A program made the position numbers and the translations under genes. A stretch of 64,000 nucleotides of DNA from an uncultured Thermoplasmata archaeon. Lineage in GTDB: Archaea > Thermoplasmatota > Thermoplasmata > RBG-16-68-12. The notes beneath the pieces are model-generated. The model did no database searches. It saw nothing but the letters and a program-made list of their open reading frames with translations, and had not been told where the DNA came from. This document shows positions 48,901-57,026 of this stretch, one piece after another. Each line of letters begins with the position of its first letter. The stretch's first letter is position 1. The DNA is taken from contig CAVYJM010000006.1 of assembly GCA_963768855.1 (NCBI GenBank), positions 416,001-480,000 of the forward strand. The letters are read 5' to 3'.

Positions 48901-50336
48901 ACGTCCGCCCGATCGCCGCCGCCCTGGACGCGCACCGCGTCGAGTTCGGCGTGGACGCGAGCGCGATGAACCCGTCGGCCGCCTACCGGGTCGTGTTCTA
49001 CTCCACGGACTGGCGGCTCCAGTATGACGTCGCCCTGCCGGACGCCGCCGTGCGCTTCTTCGCCCTCGCGACCCAGGCCGTCGCGAACTCGGTCGTGCTC
49101 AACGAGATCTCCCCGCAGCCGAACCCGGAGTGGGTTGAGGTTGCGAATCCGACTTCCTCGAGCGTGAGTCTGCAAGGGTGGACATTGAACGTCGTGAAGG
49201 CGGGCAAGTTCTCGGTCATCTACACGTTCGGTAACGTCGTCCTAGGTCCCTTCGGATCGGGAACGGAGTACTTCGCCCCACAAGTGGACAAGAACTCCCT
49301 CCCGAACGGACAGAACACGGTCTCTCTGAATAACGGCCCGGTGGTTATGGACCAGACGACGTACGACTCGAGTGTCGGTGGTGCCAAGACGTGGTCCCGC
49401 CTCAAAGACCCAGCCACGGGTCAGCCCATGTCCTCCTACAATGGTGGGAGCGCGTGGTACGTTTCCGCCCTCCCGACGCAAGGCCGGCCAAACGACCGCA
49501 CCCGCCCGATCGTCTCCATCGCAAAGACGGTCAGTGCGGCTCGCGGTACGCCGGGCGATCTGCTGACCTACACGATCTACTTCAACAACACGGGTGACGG
49601 AGTCGCGAAGCTCGTCTGGCTGAACGACACGATGCCGAGCGGCCTCACCTACGTCTCGTCGAGCGTCGCCCCGGCCACGGTCGTCGGTTCCACGGTGAAC
49701 TGGGTCCTGACGAACGTCGCCCCGGGGGCGCACAGCCTCACGGTCTCCGCGGAGATCAACGGCAACGGGGCCGACGGATCGCTCCAGGTGAACCGGGTCG
49801 CCATGACGTATACGGACCAGATCCGGCGGGTCCTCGGGAGCGGCCAGGCGTGGGCGAACGTCACGGTGACGCGGCCCCAGATCACGATCGTGAAGACGGT
49901 CACCCCGGCGAGCGCGACGGCCGGCCAGACGGTCACCTACACGATCTACTACAACAACACGGGCTCGTCCAATGCGGGGACGGTCCACATCGTCGACATC
50001 CTCCCGAGCGGGCTCACGTACACGGGCAGCAACCCGGCCCCGACCGCCGTCAGCAATCGCACCTACTACTGGAACTTCTCGGACGTGACGCCGGGTTCCC
50101 ACAGCATCACGCTGACCGCGGTCGTGAACGCGGGCACGCCCACGGGCAACCTCGTGAACTGGGCGTTCCTGAACTACACGTCCATCCGGGGGTTCGTGCT
50201 CGGAGGCAGCGCCGCGTCCGCGATCGTCGCCATCCCCGAGCTCAGCGACTTCCTCTTCGTCCTTGCGGTGCCCACCCTGATCCTCGGGATGCGGTGGCGG
50301 ATTCGCCGCTCGAAGGGAGAGAGCAAGAAAGGGTGA
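45966..50336 (+). CDS. Giant membrane-spanning multidomain protein (HhH, three double Zn-ribbons, TPR, NG repeats, TM, extracellular beta domains, LTD-like, 2x DUF11-like, PEF-CTERM-like tail)
   Basis: Single 1456-aa ORF. LPGFSTEKARKVAERF; CPEC/CPFC, CTGC/CDVC, CPHC/CSVC; VWAKRGRVL and AWRTKGEILERLGR; internal TM; VVLNEI..EWVEVAN; KTV...G..TYTIY.NNTG twice; IPELSDFLF-TM-RWRIRR. Confidence 0.85.
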   Translation: MDESYLEWLRVLPGFSTEKARKVAERFPTFEHLRAAMPEELASVEGLTAYDLEALHRLVRDPRGRDADGHLFLCPECGSFAGPASTECPFCGVSFDEAEQDASVEEIDAFLKDEADPALLCTGCGAVMARGSTRCDVCGRTYTPQEAAILPGVAPELESPSRFCPHCGAYLSAEVPECSVCGFDRLKAPDVAVNGHNGKGLAEGFLSRWQRVAETPACTEMDRLGEELLQYEKILEADPALEKVWAKRGRVLARMGRAIEAAESLSKAAELEPAKDEEYRLEVLDILKAKGDLSFLPPRWGEPRATAAPSVGDARLIEALRHYEVLLERDPGIVVAWRTKGEILERLGRADEARVCLERADSLERREGDLLKARVSGLQAQGIAPSAFSLSGRTNGLGAGHVNGRTNGRTNGRVNGLAEGRVNGLTNGAVNGLGMGRGATNGLGGFTNGRTNGLVNGNGFTNGRRGRYGPTRIPAQPHWARSLVGIAAVVALMVLVPVLASILSPSPGAYAPIAIDHNFGEWNRFTAYANAPPTNLNNPDINLLAVKVTTDPSNLYVYARVQGLFFQAPWTNGTESLLVFVDADHNPNTGYPVGGLGADLLAVVTGWDGQIQTMGRYVFNETGVVRSNDFRRFLSAGSVDAAFLGDQSEMRIPLDTDPAQARFLVYAADNLGNRDSMVGLIQPARPTIVVSQTTVAPDTVRSLSNPVLRVSLSGMGGSPSLTALSLLRQGTSADPANVSLYQDDGSGTFSANDPLLATASLSTPLTRIPLNLSLVRPVTMWAVVNWTTLTANRTFGLQVAAAAGNGTSSLTPPDTKLVYLGGAPATPTVDGAFGDWSGRPYGVDPLGDVVNGTNSYVYNANVDLLAVAVDRAANVTGYAQVDGRMLGGEDIPNEAQRPNPTPPNGTLSNVTPPYVPQVGYDVLYAYIDADNSSLTGLPASSGTADFGFDYALAITGRNGTVSSSALYRYAPTANATWQYVRPIAAALDAHRVEFGVDASAMNPSAAYRVVFYSTDWRLQYDVALPDAAVRFFALATQAVANSVVLNEISPQPNPEWVEVANPTSSSVSLQGWTLNVVKAGKFSVIYTFGNVVLGPFGSGTEYFAPQVDKNSLPNGQNTVSLNNGPVVMDQTTYDSSVGGAKTWSRLKDPATGQPMSSYNGGSAWYVSALPTQGRPNDRTRPIVSIAKTVSAARGTPGDLLTYTIYFNNTGDGVAKLVWLNDTMPSGLTYVSSSVAPATVVGSTVNWVLTNVAPGAHSLTVSAEINGNGADGSLQVNRVAMTYTDQIRRVLGSGQAWANVTVTRPQITIVKTVTPASATAGQTVTYTIYYNNTGSSNAGTVHIVDILPSGLTYTGSNPAPTAVSNRTYYWNFSDVTPGSHSITLTAVVNAGTPTGNLVNWAFLNYTSIRGFVLGGSAASAIVAIPELSDFLFVLAVPTLILGMRWRIRRSKGESKKG
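47145..47360 (+). repeat. Intragenic Asn-Gly repeat (about 14 (T/V)NG units; DNA unit ACGAACGG/GTGAACGG)
   Basis: TNGLGAGHVNGRTNGRTNGRVNGLAEGRVNGLTNGAVNGLGMGRGATNGLGGFTNGRTNGLVNGNGFTNGRR. Confidence 0.9.
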
Positions 50337-50403
50337 GTGGCTGACAGCGTTCCATGGATCGGCGGCCGTTAGAGCGGCACGGTTCGTCGTCCACCACAAG
50401 GAT

Positions 50404-50559
50404 GGACGGCTAGCGTACCTAGGTCGCCGGCCCAAGCCCCGGTCAGGCCGGGGCGGGCTTCCCACGGGCTCGCGCACCGTAGTACCGCAGGGAACGTGGG
50501 CGGGCTTAACTTCCGGGTTCGGGATGGGACCGGGTGTATCCCCGCCGCTTTGGCCGTCA
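50404..50559 (-). rRNA. rrf: 5S rRNA, stand-alone, about 156 nt with a ~35-nt expansion
   Basis: GACGGC/GCCGTC helix I; CACCCGGTCCCATCCCGAACCCGGAAGTTAAGCCCGCC core; GTAC..TGCGCGAGC..GGGAA; TTTA box about 27 bp upstream. Confidence 0.95.
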
Positions 50560-50609
50560 AACCACTGCTGACGACGCCCAGAGTAAACGCGCTATATCAG
50601 GGTTTTGGT

Positions 50610-51566
50610 CTATGGGTGCGGCAGGACGGCCGTCAGGAAGCCGAGCATCACGTTCCCGACGAAGAACGCGAGGAGGAACCCCGCGAACAGGGGCACGAGG
50701 AACGGGACCTTGGGCTGGACCCACACCCGGTCCGCGCCGGCCGCCCGCAGCTTCGCGACCTCCTCGGACTCGTCCTTCGCGCGGGAGGGGAAGAGAACCG
50801 TCACCCGCTCCCCGTGGCGGTCCACGCGCTCCATGAGCCAGACGTGGGGTGGGAGATGGTCCAGGGGCGCCTTGGTCCCGAACAGCGCCTGCGGGAGCTC
50901 GAAGTCACCCCGGATCGCATTCACGAGCAGATACGCCACGGGGATGGCGAGGAAGAGGACCGCGGCGTTGACGAACACAACCAGGGAGAAGGGGAACAGG
51001 GTCCCCATGGCGTTCGCGACGTTCGAGGGCAGGACGAGGACCGGGAAGGGTGCCAGGTCCGGATAGTAGGGCACGAGCAGGGTTAGGGCCATCATCGCCT
51101 TCGTATCCGCTCCACCCCGGAGCAGGCCCAGTTGGAAGAATCCTTGGTAGACGACGAGCAGGACGGGCATGGATGCCAAGGCCGACAACGGAATCGTTCG
51201 ACTTGGGAGGCCGGCATGCGGGAGGAAGGGGAGTGGGTTCTCCGGGAGCAGCAGCGCCACGACGAAGGAGACGGTCGCGACGCCCAGGACGAGGACCCGG
51301 ACGGGCCGGAGATGGATCCCGTCCTCGTCGAGGATGGGCTTCCCGTAGAACACGGCGAAGAACAGGATGGCCGCAGAGCCCAGCAGAAGCCACCGGTTCA
51401 GACCCGCTTCCATCGCCACGAGGTCGACGGCGAGGACCGCGAGCCCCACGCTCCCGAGCGCGATCCAGACCGGATCCCGGACCCGACGTGTGCGCACGTC
51501 GAGCACCGCCGCGATGGCGAGGAACCCCGCGCCCACGACGAGGCGTGCGACGGAGAACGCGTCCAC
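50610..51566 (-). CDS. A24-family prepilin/prearchaellin peptidase (PibD/FlaK-like)
   Basis: AAVLDVRTRRV, GGADTKA, C-terminal VWVQPKVPFLVPL..GF; GTG start inferred. Confidence 0.9.
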   Translation of the reverse strand: MDAFSVARLVVGAGFLAIAAVLDVRTRRVRDPVWIALGSVGLAVLAVDLVAMEAGLNRWLLLGSAAILFFAVFYGKPILDEDGIHLRPVRVLVLGVATVSFVVALLLPENPLPFLPHAGLPSRTIPLSALASMPVLLVVYQGFFQLGLLRGGADTKAMMALTLLVPYYPDLAPFPVLVLPSNVANAMGTLFPFSLVVFVNAAVLFLAIPVAYLLVNAIRGDFELPQALFGTKAPLDHLPPHVWLMERVDRHGERVTVLFPSRAKDESEEVAKLRAAGADRVWVQPKVPFLVPLFAGFLLAFFVGNVMLGFLTAVLPHP

Positions 51567-51779
51567 GCGCGCGCATCGGGCGCTCCTTATTTCAAGCGTT
51601 CGACTCGAGAATCTGGCGCGGGGTCGAAGTGATCGTGAAAGCGCGTCCGCTTCGCCTCGTCCCGCGCGGCTGGCATGAGGTCCATCCTCGCGATTCAGTC
51701 GCAAACGACTAAATACCGCCTGTCGAATTGCATCCCGCATCGGGAGGAATCGCGCGGTCCTCCCTGCGGTCCCACTGCC

Positions 51780-52331
51780 ATGAGCGAGCCCCGACGGATG
51801 AAGGTGAAGATCTGCCTCGTCGGCGAGCACGCCGTCGGCAAGACGTCCCTCATCAAGCGGTACGTCCTGAACGAGTACGACGACCGGTACATCGTCACCC
51901 TCGGAGCGAAGGTCTCCAAGAAGGAGATGCTCCTGCAGCCGAAGGGCCGCGACGCCGTCCAGATGGACATGACGATCTGGGACATCATGGGTTCCAAGGG
52001 CTTCCGCGAGCTCCTGCGGGAGGCCTATTTCCACGGCGCCCAGGGAATCCTGGCCGTCGCGGACATCACGCGCTACGACACCCTGGAGGACCTCGACTCG
52101 TGGGTCGAGTCCGTCTTCCGCACGGTCGGGGAGATCCCCGTCGTCTTCACGATCAACAAGATGGACCTGAAGGACCAGGCCGCGTTCAGCGAGGAGCAGG
52201 TCAAGCAGGCCACGGAGGCCTTCGACGCCCCGTACTTCTACGCGTCCGCGAAGACGGGCGAGAATGTGGAGTCCGTGTTCCGCATCCTCGGCGAGACGAT
52301 CGTCAAGGGCGGTCCGTCGGCCGAGGACTGA
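51780..52331 (+). CDS. Rab/Ras-like small GTPase 2
   Basis: G1 GEHAVGKTS, YIVTLG, WDIMGS, NKMD, SAK. Confidence 0.92.
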   Translation: MSEPRRMKVKICLVGEHAVGKTSLIKRYVLNEYDDRYIVTLGAKVSKKEMLLQPKGRDAVQMDMTIWDIMGSKGFRELLREAYFHGAQGILAVADITRYDTLEDLDSWVESVFRTVGEIPVVFTINKMDLKDQAAFSEEQVKQATEAFDAPYFYASAKTGENVESVFRILGETIVKGGPSAED

Positions 52332-52373
52332 GGCGTTCCATAGCCTCAAGTATCCGCCGCAAATTCTCCGGGC

Positions 52374-54680
52374 GTGGCTTCTGCACCCCGGGACGCCGGC
52401 CCGGTCCGCGTGCGCGTCACCCGTGACCTGGGGCTCTTCGATGTCACGATGGCCGCGGTCGGCGGCATGGTGGGCGCCGCGGCGTTCCTCCTAATCGGGG
52501 CGACGTTCCAGGTCGCGGGAGAGTGGTCCTTCGCGAGCGTGGGGGTCGCCGCCCTCGTGGCCCTTTTCGCCGGGATGGCCTACGGCGAGCTGGCCTCCGG
52601 GCGGCCCGATGCCTCGGGGGGCGCGTACGTCTGGGTGAAGTCCGCGCTGCCCCCGCCGAGCGGCTTCTTGAGCGGTTGGCTCTCGTGGAGCGGCGCGATG
52701 GCCACGGCCTCCCTCAGCGCCCTGGGCCTCGGCCTCTTCCTCCTGGAGCTCCTCGCTCCCGGCGACGCCTACTTCACCTCGAGCCCCGCGGCCGCTCCTG
52801 CCGTGGGGGCGATCGTGCTCGTCCTGGCGGCGGCGAGTCAGGTGGCCCGGGTGCACCTCTCCGCCCGGGCGCTCGGGCGGGTGACCTTCGCCAAGGTCGT
52901 GCTCATCGTGATCCTCCTCGGGGTCGGCCTGGCGGTCTTCCTGCCCGGAGGCACGTCGGGCCTCCCCGTAGCGGGCGGCGCGTCGCCCGGGGTCCTCGGG
53001 GTCATCCTGGGCGCGGGCATCTTCTTCATCGCGTTCCAGGGCTTTGAGACGGTCGCGCAGCTGTCGGACCAGGCGAAGCTCCCGGAGCGGACGGTCCCGC
53101 GCGGGATCTTCCTCGCGGTGGCCCTGTCCCTGAGTGTCTACCTCCTGTTCTTCCTGGTCGTTCTCGGCAACGCTCCCTCAGGCTACCTGAGCGGATGGCC
53201 CGCGTGCACGGCCTGCAGCGGCGCCTCGGAGGACCTGTTCTTCGCCGCCCTGGCCAACTTCGCGGCCGGCCAGCCGTGGATCCGCGTGGCCCTGCTCCTC
53301 CTCGGCATCGTCTCGATGTACGCCGCGCTCAACGCGAGCATCACGTCCGCGGTGCGCACCTCGTTCAGCATGGCCCGCGACGGCCTGCTGCCCGCCGTCG
53401 TCGCCCGGGTCGGGCCGCGGGAGGCGCCGCCTCTCGCGCTGATCCTCACCGCGGCCGGCGCGGGTGTCCTACTCATCCTGAACATCGAGACAATCGCGAT
53501 CCTGGCGGGCCTCTCCTTCCTGGGCCTCTTCTCCTTCGTCCACGGCTCCGTCGTCGCGCTCCGACGGAGGGAACGCCGGAGCCACCCGGGCTTCCGGATG
53601 CCGCTCGTGCCCGCCCTGCCCATCCTCGCCGTCGCGATCAACCTGGCCGTCGGGGCGCTCCTCGTGAACTACCCGGCGACGGGAGGCTCGATCGTCCCGC
53701 TCCCGACTGGCGACGTCGCGACCTACGTCGGTGCCCTATGGGTCGCGATGGGCCTCATCTATCACTACTTCGCCGGGGGTCGCCAGAGCCTCCGGACCCG
53801 CCCCACTCCGTCCCGCTCCGACGTGACGACGGTCCTCACGACGGCGGAGGACCACGTTGAGCTCGAACGGTACCGCGTCTTCCTGCCGCTCCGGGAGTTC
53901 GAGGACACGGAGCTCGTCGACTTCGGCGCGCGGGTGGCCCGTGCGCGGAACGGGGAGCTGAGCCTCCTGAACGTGGTCGAGATCCCCCGCAACCTTCCGC
54001 CGAAGGCGATCCGCTTCCGCTACGTCGATGACCGCATCCGAGGGCTCCAGCATCTCGCGAAGATCGGCGCGGACTACGGGGTCGACACCCGCCCCGTCGT
54101 GAAGATCGGATACAAGGTGTACGAGATCATCCTGGACACGATCCGCGAGGAGGCGGTGAACCTCCTCGTCATGGGATGGCGCGGGGAGCGGCTCGAGGGG
54201 GACCGCCGGATCCTCGGCAGCAACATCGACTACCTGATCGAGAACGCCCCGTGCGACATCGTCGTGTTCCGGACCAAGGGCCTCCAGCGCCCCCTGAAGC
54301 GGATCGTCCTCCTGACGTCACCCATCTGGAGCATTCGGGGGATCGGGGACCTCGCCTTGATCCTGGCCGAGGAGGACCGGCCCACGGTCGAGGTCGTGAG
54401 CCTCGTCAGCGAAGCGAGCGAGGCGGATCGCGTGAAGGCCGAGGCGATGTCCTTCCTCGACAAGTGCCACCAGATCGGGATCTCGGTCGATCACCGCATC
54501 CTGTACTCGCGCGCGTGGGAGCCCGTGGCGATCCAGGAGTCCTCCGAGGCGTCCCTCCTCCTGATCCAGGCCTCCTCGCCCGCCGGACTGCGGCGGTACT
54601 CCCTGAGTCCGGTCGAGGACCGCATCGTCAAGCTCGCAAAATGTCCGGTGCTGATCCTCCGGAAGGGCAGCACGCCCTAG
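52374..54680 (+). CDS. APC-family amino-acid permease fused to USP domains
   Basis: RDLGLFD...GGMVGAA, GGAYVW, FQGFE, FRMPLVP; C-terminal VNLLVMGWRG..ILGSNID..APCD and AKCPVLILR. Confidence 0.9.
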   Translation: MASAPRDAGPVRVRVTRDLGLFDVTMAAVGGMVGAAAFLLIGATFQVAGEWSFASVGVAALVALFAGMAYGELASGRPDASGGAYVWVKSALPPPSGFLSGWLSWSGAMATASLSALGLGLFLLELLAPGDAYFTSSPAAAPAVGAIVLVLAAASQVARVHLSARALGRVTFAKVVLIVILLGVGLAVFLPGGTSGLPVAGGASPGVLGVILGAGIFFIAFQGFETVAQLSDQAKLPERTVPRGIFLAVALSLSVYLLFFLVVLGNAPSGYLSGWPACTACSGASEDLFFAALANFAAGQPWIRVALLLLGIVSMYAALNASITSAVRTSFSMARDGLLPAVVARVGPREAPPLALILTAAGAGVLLILNIETIAILAGLSFLGLFSFVHGSVVALRRRERRSHPGFRMPLVPALPILAVAINLAVGALLVNYPATGGSIVPLPTGDVATYVGALWVAMGLIYHYFAGGRQSLRTRPTPSRSDVTTVLTTAEDHVELERYRVFLPLREFEDTELVDFGARVARARNGELSLLNVVEIPRNLPPKAIRFRYVDDRIRGLQHLAKIGADYGVDTRPVVKIGYKVYEIILDTIREEAVNLLVMGWRGERLEGDRRILGSNIDYLIENAPCDIVVFRTKGLQRPLKRIVLLTSPIWSIRGIGDLALILAEEDRPTVEVVSLVSEASEADRVKAEAMSFLDKCHQIGISVDHRILYSRAWEPVAIQESSEASLLLIQASSPAGLRRYSLSPVEDRIVKLAKCPVLILRKGSTP

Positions 54681-56034
54681 GCGGCGAGGTCCGCGCCGGG
54701 CGGCCGGATGCCGGCGCCGGCGAAGAGGTCTTGGATGTGGAAGACCAGGGCCGACTTGATCTCCTTCATCCGTTCGGGCTGGTCCGTGTACGCGAACAGC
54801 TGGTAGAGGATTGTTCGCCCCTGGAGCTCCTTGCCGAAGACCTCGGCGGGTCGCTCCTTGACGATGCCCTCCGTCTCCGAGGCAGCCTGGAGGAGCAGCT
54901 GCTGCACGCGGTCATGGCCGACCTCGAATCCGACGGCCACTTCGACGAAGATGGCGTAGGGTTTCGAGCGGGAGAAATTGACAATCGAGGTCTGGAGGAG
55001 GGTCGTGTTCGGGATCTGGACGACCTCGTTGCGCAGGGTGCGGACAGAGGTCAGGGAGAGGCTCATGGAGACCACGTCCCCGACGAGGTTCTCGCCGATC
55101 TTCACCCGGTTCCCGACGTCGAACGGGTCGGCCCGCATGAGCGTGAACCCTGCGAGAGCGTTCTGGACCGGGGCGAAGCCGAACAACGCCAGGACGATCA
55201 TGAGCCCCACGAAGCCGACGGCGAAGACGATTAGCCTGTCTCCCGAGAGCACGAGGGCCAGGATGATGAAGAGAAGGACGACCGCGCCGAGGATCCACAC
55301 CGCGTACCGCGCGGCGCTCTTCAGCTCGTCCACGGCGCGCGGGACGAACTTCGTGCTGTGCCGCTTCATGTCCTCGAAGATCGAGTCGACGAAGCGGTCG
55401 GCGACGGCGATGCCGAGGAGCCCGAACAGGATCCCGAGGACCGCGAGCGGCTCGATCCCCGGGATCACGCCGACCGTCTGCTGGATGTACGTCTGGTCGG
55501 CGGGCGGGAGGGCGCGCAGGCTCCCGAGGACGGCGATGACGAGCGAGACGATGTAGACGACGTACTTCAGGACGATCTCGGCGAAGGCCAGGGCGCCCGC
55601 GGGGCGACCCGCTTCGGCTTTGTCTTCAGCTCCCCTCGGAGGAACGCTCCGAACCGATGGAGCACCCGCACCACGATGGCCCCCGCGAAGAGCACGAAGA
55701 CGAACACGAAGATCGCGGGGACCCGGAGCACGAAGGCCACCAGGACCGCGTGCAGCGCGTCCGACTGGGTCTGAGCGGCGGCGAGGATGATGATCGCGAT
55801 GAAGGCGATCCACACGCTCTCGAGGACGCGCCGGACGAAGTCGAGCGTCTTCTGGTCGAGCCAGGCGTTCTCGATCGTCTTCAGGTACTCGAAGTAGCGG
55901 CCCACGAGCCCGAGGACCCACATCATGACGCCCGCGAGGACGACGATGAGCACGATGAGCGGCAGGATGTTGATGAAGACGGACAACGCGTCGCCCCCGA
56001 GCTGGAACGGGAAGACGGTCAAAAGCGGCTCCAC
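54677..56034 (-). pseudogene. MscS-family mechanosensitive channel with one -1 frameshift (possibly artefactual)
   Basis: N-terminal TM region in one frame; from about 55600, AGALAFAE..NALAG..DPFDVGNRVKIG..G.V..IPN in another; shift at the GGGG run 55601-55604. Confidence 0.8.
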
Positions 56035-56129
56035 ACCGCGGCAACCAGACGGCGCCGATATAGCTTTGATGGCGGGCCTTGAAATAGGTCGCCCCTCGGG
56101 TTTATACCCGCCTGCGAATTCCCGTCGCC

Positions 56130-57026
56130 ATGGCCTCGGGCGACATCACGAGATCGCCGCCGCCGTTCCCGCGATTCGCCCTGCAGTGGCGCGTCGCCTT
56201 TGCCCTTGCCGCGGTGCTCATCGTCGCGGGCCTCGCCTTCTCCGTCCAGTCGCAGACGGCCTCGTCGATCCTCCTCGCGACCACGACGAGCACCCGCGAC
56301 ACCGGACTCCTCGACTTCCTCGACCCGCTGTTCCAGGCGGACACGGGCATCCAGGTGCAGTACGTCGCGGTGGGCACGGGTCAGGCGCTCGACATGGCGG
56401 CCCGCGGCGACGCGGATGTCGCCATGGTCCACGCTCCGTCCCTCGAGCTCACCTTCATGGCGCAGGGGGAGGGCCTCTGCCGGAGTTCCCTCATGTACAA
56501 CCGCTTCCTGATTGTTGGACCCGCATCCGATCCGGCGGGCATCCGGGGGCTCACGAACGCCACGGACGCCTTCCGGCGGATCTGGCAGACGAACTCGACC
56601 TTCCTCTCCCGCGGGGACAACTCCGGCACGAACGTCAAGGAGCTCGCGATCTGGGCCCTCGTCGGCCACATCCCCTCGACGACGAACGACTCGTGGTACC
56701 TGGAGACGGGCCAGGGGATGGGCGCGACGCTCACCGTGGCGTCGGAGAAAGGTGCCTACACGCTGAGCGACGACGGAACGTTCTACGCCCTTGAATCCTC
56801 GCTGAGTCTACAGATTCTGGTGGCAGGAGACCCGTTCCTGTTTAACCAGTACCACATCATCGTGGTGAACCCCGTCCAGCATCCGAACGTCCGAGTGAAC
56901 GCTTCACTTGAATACGCGCACTGGCTCGTTTCTCCACGGGGGCAAGCCCTCATCGCCGGCTACGAGGTCGCAGGGCACCGCCTCTTCACGCCGAACTACA
57001 ACCCGAACGATTCCGGGGTGTGCTGA
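56130..57026 (+). CDS. tupA: Tungstate ABC transporter substrate-binding protein
   Basis: LATTTSTRDTGLLD, GTGQAL, HAP, MYN.F.IVGP..DPA, SRGDNSGT, YTLSD.GT, N.Y. Confidence 0.92.
   Translation: MASGDITRSPPPFPRFALQWRVAFALAAVLIVAGLAFSVQSQTASSILLATTTSTRDTGLLDFLDPLFQADTGIQVQYVAVGTGQALDMAARGDADVAMVHAPSLELTFMAQGEGLCRSSLMYNRFLIVGPASDPAGIRGLTNATDAFRRIWQTNSTFLSRGDNSGTNVKELAIWALVGHIPSTTNDSWYLETGQGMGATLTVASEKGAYTLSDDGTFYALESSLSLQILVAGDPFLFNQYHIIVVNPVQHPNVRVNASLEYAHWLVSPRGQALIAGYEVAGHRLFTPNYNPNDSGVC

Noticed and set aside
26801-56034. Programmed frameshifting in the methyltransferase (about 27203) and MscS (about 55602) genes
   Set aside because: Both are single-base indels at 2-4 nt G/C runs with no slippery heptamer or stimulatory structure. 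With the mgtA shifts they fit homopolymer sequencing errors or simple mutation better.
56040-56129. ModE-type operator upstream of tupA
   Set aside because: Only a short CGGGT-TTAT-ACCCG palindrome over the TATA box; too weak to assign.
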